From NCBI GenBank assembly GCA_051942245.1, contig JAVECL010000199.1, forward strand, positions 1 through 36,628: a DNA stretch of 36,628 bases, written 5' to 3'. Positions 34,041-36,628 of this stretch are shown piece after piece. Under the pieces are notes generated by a model. The model worked only from the letters and a program-made list of their open reading frames with translations. It was not told where the DNA came from and made no database searches. The position numbers and the translations under genes are program-made. The DNA comes from Trypethelium eluteriae (lineage: Eukaryota). Positions within the stretch are counted from its first letter, which is position 1. Each line of letters begins with the position of its first letter.

Positions 34041-34551
34041 GCCCAGAAGCTTTTGTGAGGCTGACTGGTTTAGCTAAGCCTTCTCGAGTTGACTACGTAT
34101 TTCTGAAAATTGTGAGATCCTTGGGTTGCAGAGGTGTCGAAATTGTACTACAATATTTAGGGATTCAGTCGCTTTCAAAAATTGAATTTATTCACGGCGC
34201 AAATTTTGACTAGAACTGTAATTTTTCCGAACCGAAGATAGTCTGCAGATGTCTTGTTCGCAGTGCCAAGTCTAATTGCCCAATCGTGAGCTCCCGTTCC
34301 GCAGTATCCCTGATCGAATCGCCGTAAGTGCAGATCCACCTTATCTCCAAATAGTCGATGTGTTGAATTGGATAAATGGTACGAAGTACGGAGAGATGGA
34401 TGACGAATGTTACGCGTCAAATGCGGGAGGCACGGGGACCTCGAAACAATCATTAGCGCCATCTGGCCTATTTGCAACGTTGATACAAGCCCCGAAAAAC
34501 CACCTTCCCTAGCCTCTGCACCATTGTGCAGACCTCGCTTGCCTGACCGTA

Positions 34552-36628
34552 ATGTCCGCTACTCTTGCTGCTGACCCGTTGAATAGAGCAGGTCAGCATT
34601 CTCCCCGCCCTTCCTGTGTCCACCATTCCGGCTTGCAACACCCCTCTCTCTTACGCTGAGATCGCAATTGCTAATACTCGGCGCACCTCAGGTTCTAAAA
34701 GCAAGAAGAAAAAGAAAGGTCACAAGAAGGGCAAGAGCACAGGCGAGGCGGTACAAGTCAATGGCAGCGGTGAAGCTGGCGAGGGGGAAAATGATGAGGG
34801 CGAGGAGGAGCAAGGTCTACCCAACGTAAAGCTCCTTTTTCTATCCTATTCAGGAGACATATCGCTGATCAATAAGCATTCGAATGCCAATCAACAGGAA
34901 GAGCAGTCACAACATGAGGCATCCTCTAATGCTGTACAGAACCACAACGACGCTCCAAATGGAACATATCTAAATGACTCAAGGGTGGAACATGAAGAGC
35001 AGGAACCAGAAGATGCACCGCTCATGCCACCTTCAGGAGATACTACACAAAAGCTCGATGCTCTTGCTAAGGAGCGGGATGCTTTGAGAGTAGAAGTCAC
35101 AGAACTGCGAAAGTCACTGGAGCAAATACAAGAAAGGCATACCGAGGATAATTCTAATTTGCGAACCGAACTTGAAGAAACGCAACAAAGCAAGGAGCAT
35201 GCAGAAACCCAATACAAGACTTTGTTGGGCAAGGTCAATACCATCCGATCGCAGTTGGGCGAGCGATTAAAAGCTGATGCCGTATGTTCTCGCTTTGAAT
35301 TCTGAGTGGTGTATCGATTGTTAAACGTCTGTACAGGAAGAGCTTTCACGTGCGCGCGCCGAAATCGACGATCTCAACGAGCAAAATAGCAGTCTCCGTG
35401 AGAACGCTGACGGCCTCCAATCCACTCTGTCTAAACTCTCCACCGAAAATGAATTTCAAGCTCGTGAGATTTCTGACCTTCGCTCTCGAACCTCGCTCTC
35501 GCAACAAAACTGGGTCAAGGAGCGCGATGACTTAATTAGCCGAGAAGCCTATGCAAAGGAAGAGTTCGAGAATGCGAGACAGGCCATGCAAGACTGGGAG
35601 GTGTTGGCTATGGAGGAGAGGAGCTTAAGAGAGAATTTGCAGGGGAAGGTCGAGGATTTGGATGAAAGAGTCCAGATGCAACGGGACGAGGTGGATAGAT
35701 TAAGAATGGAGAGGGACACGCAGACACAGACTGTGGATGGGTTGCAGCGGGCACTGCAAGATTTACAAGATGGTAGGGGACCCTTCAATTGTGTTTCTAG
35801 ATCTATACAATATTCCCTTCGCTCACTCGTCATCGGATTTAGCTCGCAAGAAGGAACTTCGCGATCTCGTCGAGTCTTCACAGTCCCAGCTCGAAGAGAC
35901 GCGGAGACAACTCGCAACGACCGAAGAAAGCGCCACAACCTCCAAGTTAGAGCTCGAAGCAACACGGAAAGAGCTAGAGCGAGCCCTACCCTTCGAGAAA
36001 GAAGTCAAAGAGAAAAATCTCCTCATTGGCAAACTCCGCCACGAAGCCGTCATTCTGAACGACCACCTCACCAAGGCCCTCCGCTTCCTCAAAAAGGGCA
36101 AGCCCGAGGACAACGTCGACCGGTACGCCTCTTTCCCCCTTCTTCTCCTCCAACTCCTCTAATTCCTCCTTCTACCACTCATCCATCTCCCCACCCACTA
36201 ACATCCCAATCTCTCCCCCAGCCAAATCGTCACCAACCACCTCCTCCACTTCCTCGCCCTCGACCGCTCCGACCCCAAAAAATTCCAAGTCCTCCAACTC
36301 ATCGCCGCGCTCCTCGCCTGGTCCGACGCCGAGCGCGAACAAGCCGGCCTCGCCAACCCGCACTCCACCTCCACCTCTCTATCCGGCACGCTGACCCCAT
36401 CGACGCTGACCACCTCCTTCAATTCCCTCCGCATCAAGGACCTCGGCAGCAGCTATCGCCGGTCGCCGAGCACCCCGAACATCGCCGCGAGCGAGGTGTT
36501 TGGAGGTAGTGGTGGTGGTGGTGGGAGTGAGAGCAGGAGTGTTCAGACGCCGGACTCAGCGGCAGGAGGAAAGGAGAGTCTGGCGGAGCTGTGGAGCGAG
36601 TTCTTGCAGAGGGAAGCGGAGGAGGGGG
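34552..36628 (+). CDS. RUD3: Golgin RUD3/GMAP-210-like coiled-coil protein with C-terminal GRAB domain (3' partial); introns 34592-34691, probably 34826-34876, 35282-35336, 35773-35842, 36123-36221
   Basis: Long coiled coil. Motifs LPFEKEVKEKNLLIGKLRHEAVILNDHLTKALRFLKK, VDRQIVTNHLLHFL..KFQVLQLIAALLAWSDAEREQAGL and SLAELWSEFL. Confidence 0.88.

Noticed and set aside
35586..36509. 307-aa ORF with a long P/R-rich tail
   Set aside because: Only its start is the real RUD3 frame; the rest reads through introns and out-of-frame exons.
1..36628. CRISPR arrays, tRNA/rRNA genes, transposons, telomeric arrays
   Set aside because: No spaced direct repeats, RNA-gene signatures, transposase/RT motifs or TIR/LTR pairs were seen by eye; isolated CCCTAA hexamers are not arrayed.

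Overview
Intron-containing DNA from a filamentous ascomycete (Pezizomycotina), with short GT-AG introns and CTRAY branch sites. About 17 genes are supportable. The left part (1-14.2 kb) looks accessory: an orphan ORF, an SRR1-like gene, a divergent pair of secreted proteins (a 10-Cys Kex2-processed protein and a NucA/NucB-like protein), two small unknown genes, and a head-to-head pair of a single-TM unknown protein and a ~1235-aa trypsin-like-protease/AAA+ ATPase fusion. That last pair is the best candidate for an undescribed system, possibly protease-triggered defence or cell death. The right part (14.9-36.6 kb) holds mostly conserved genes (VTC1, Tctex-1 dynein light chain, an SDR, a Zip3/Cst9-like RING protein, the complex I 21.3 kDa subunit, a RUD3-like GRAB golgin running off the window end). 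It also has two small MC..CG[HD] Cys-rich genes and a co-oriented trio of amidohydrolase, salicylate hydroxylase-like monooxygenase and secreted intradiol dioxygenase-like protein. Two introns appear to use GC donors. No RNA genes, CRISPR arrays or clear transposons were seen. Family names come from motif recognition by eye, not database searches.
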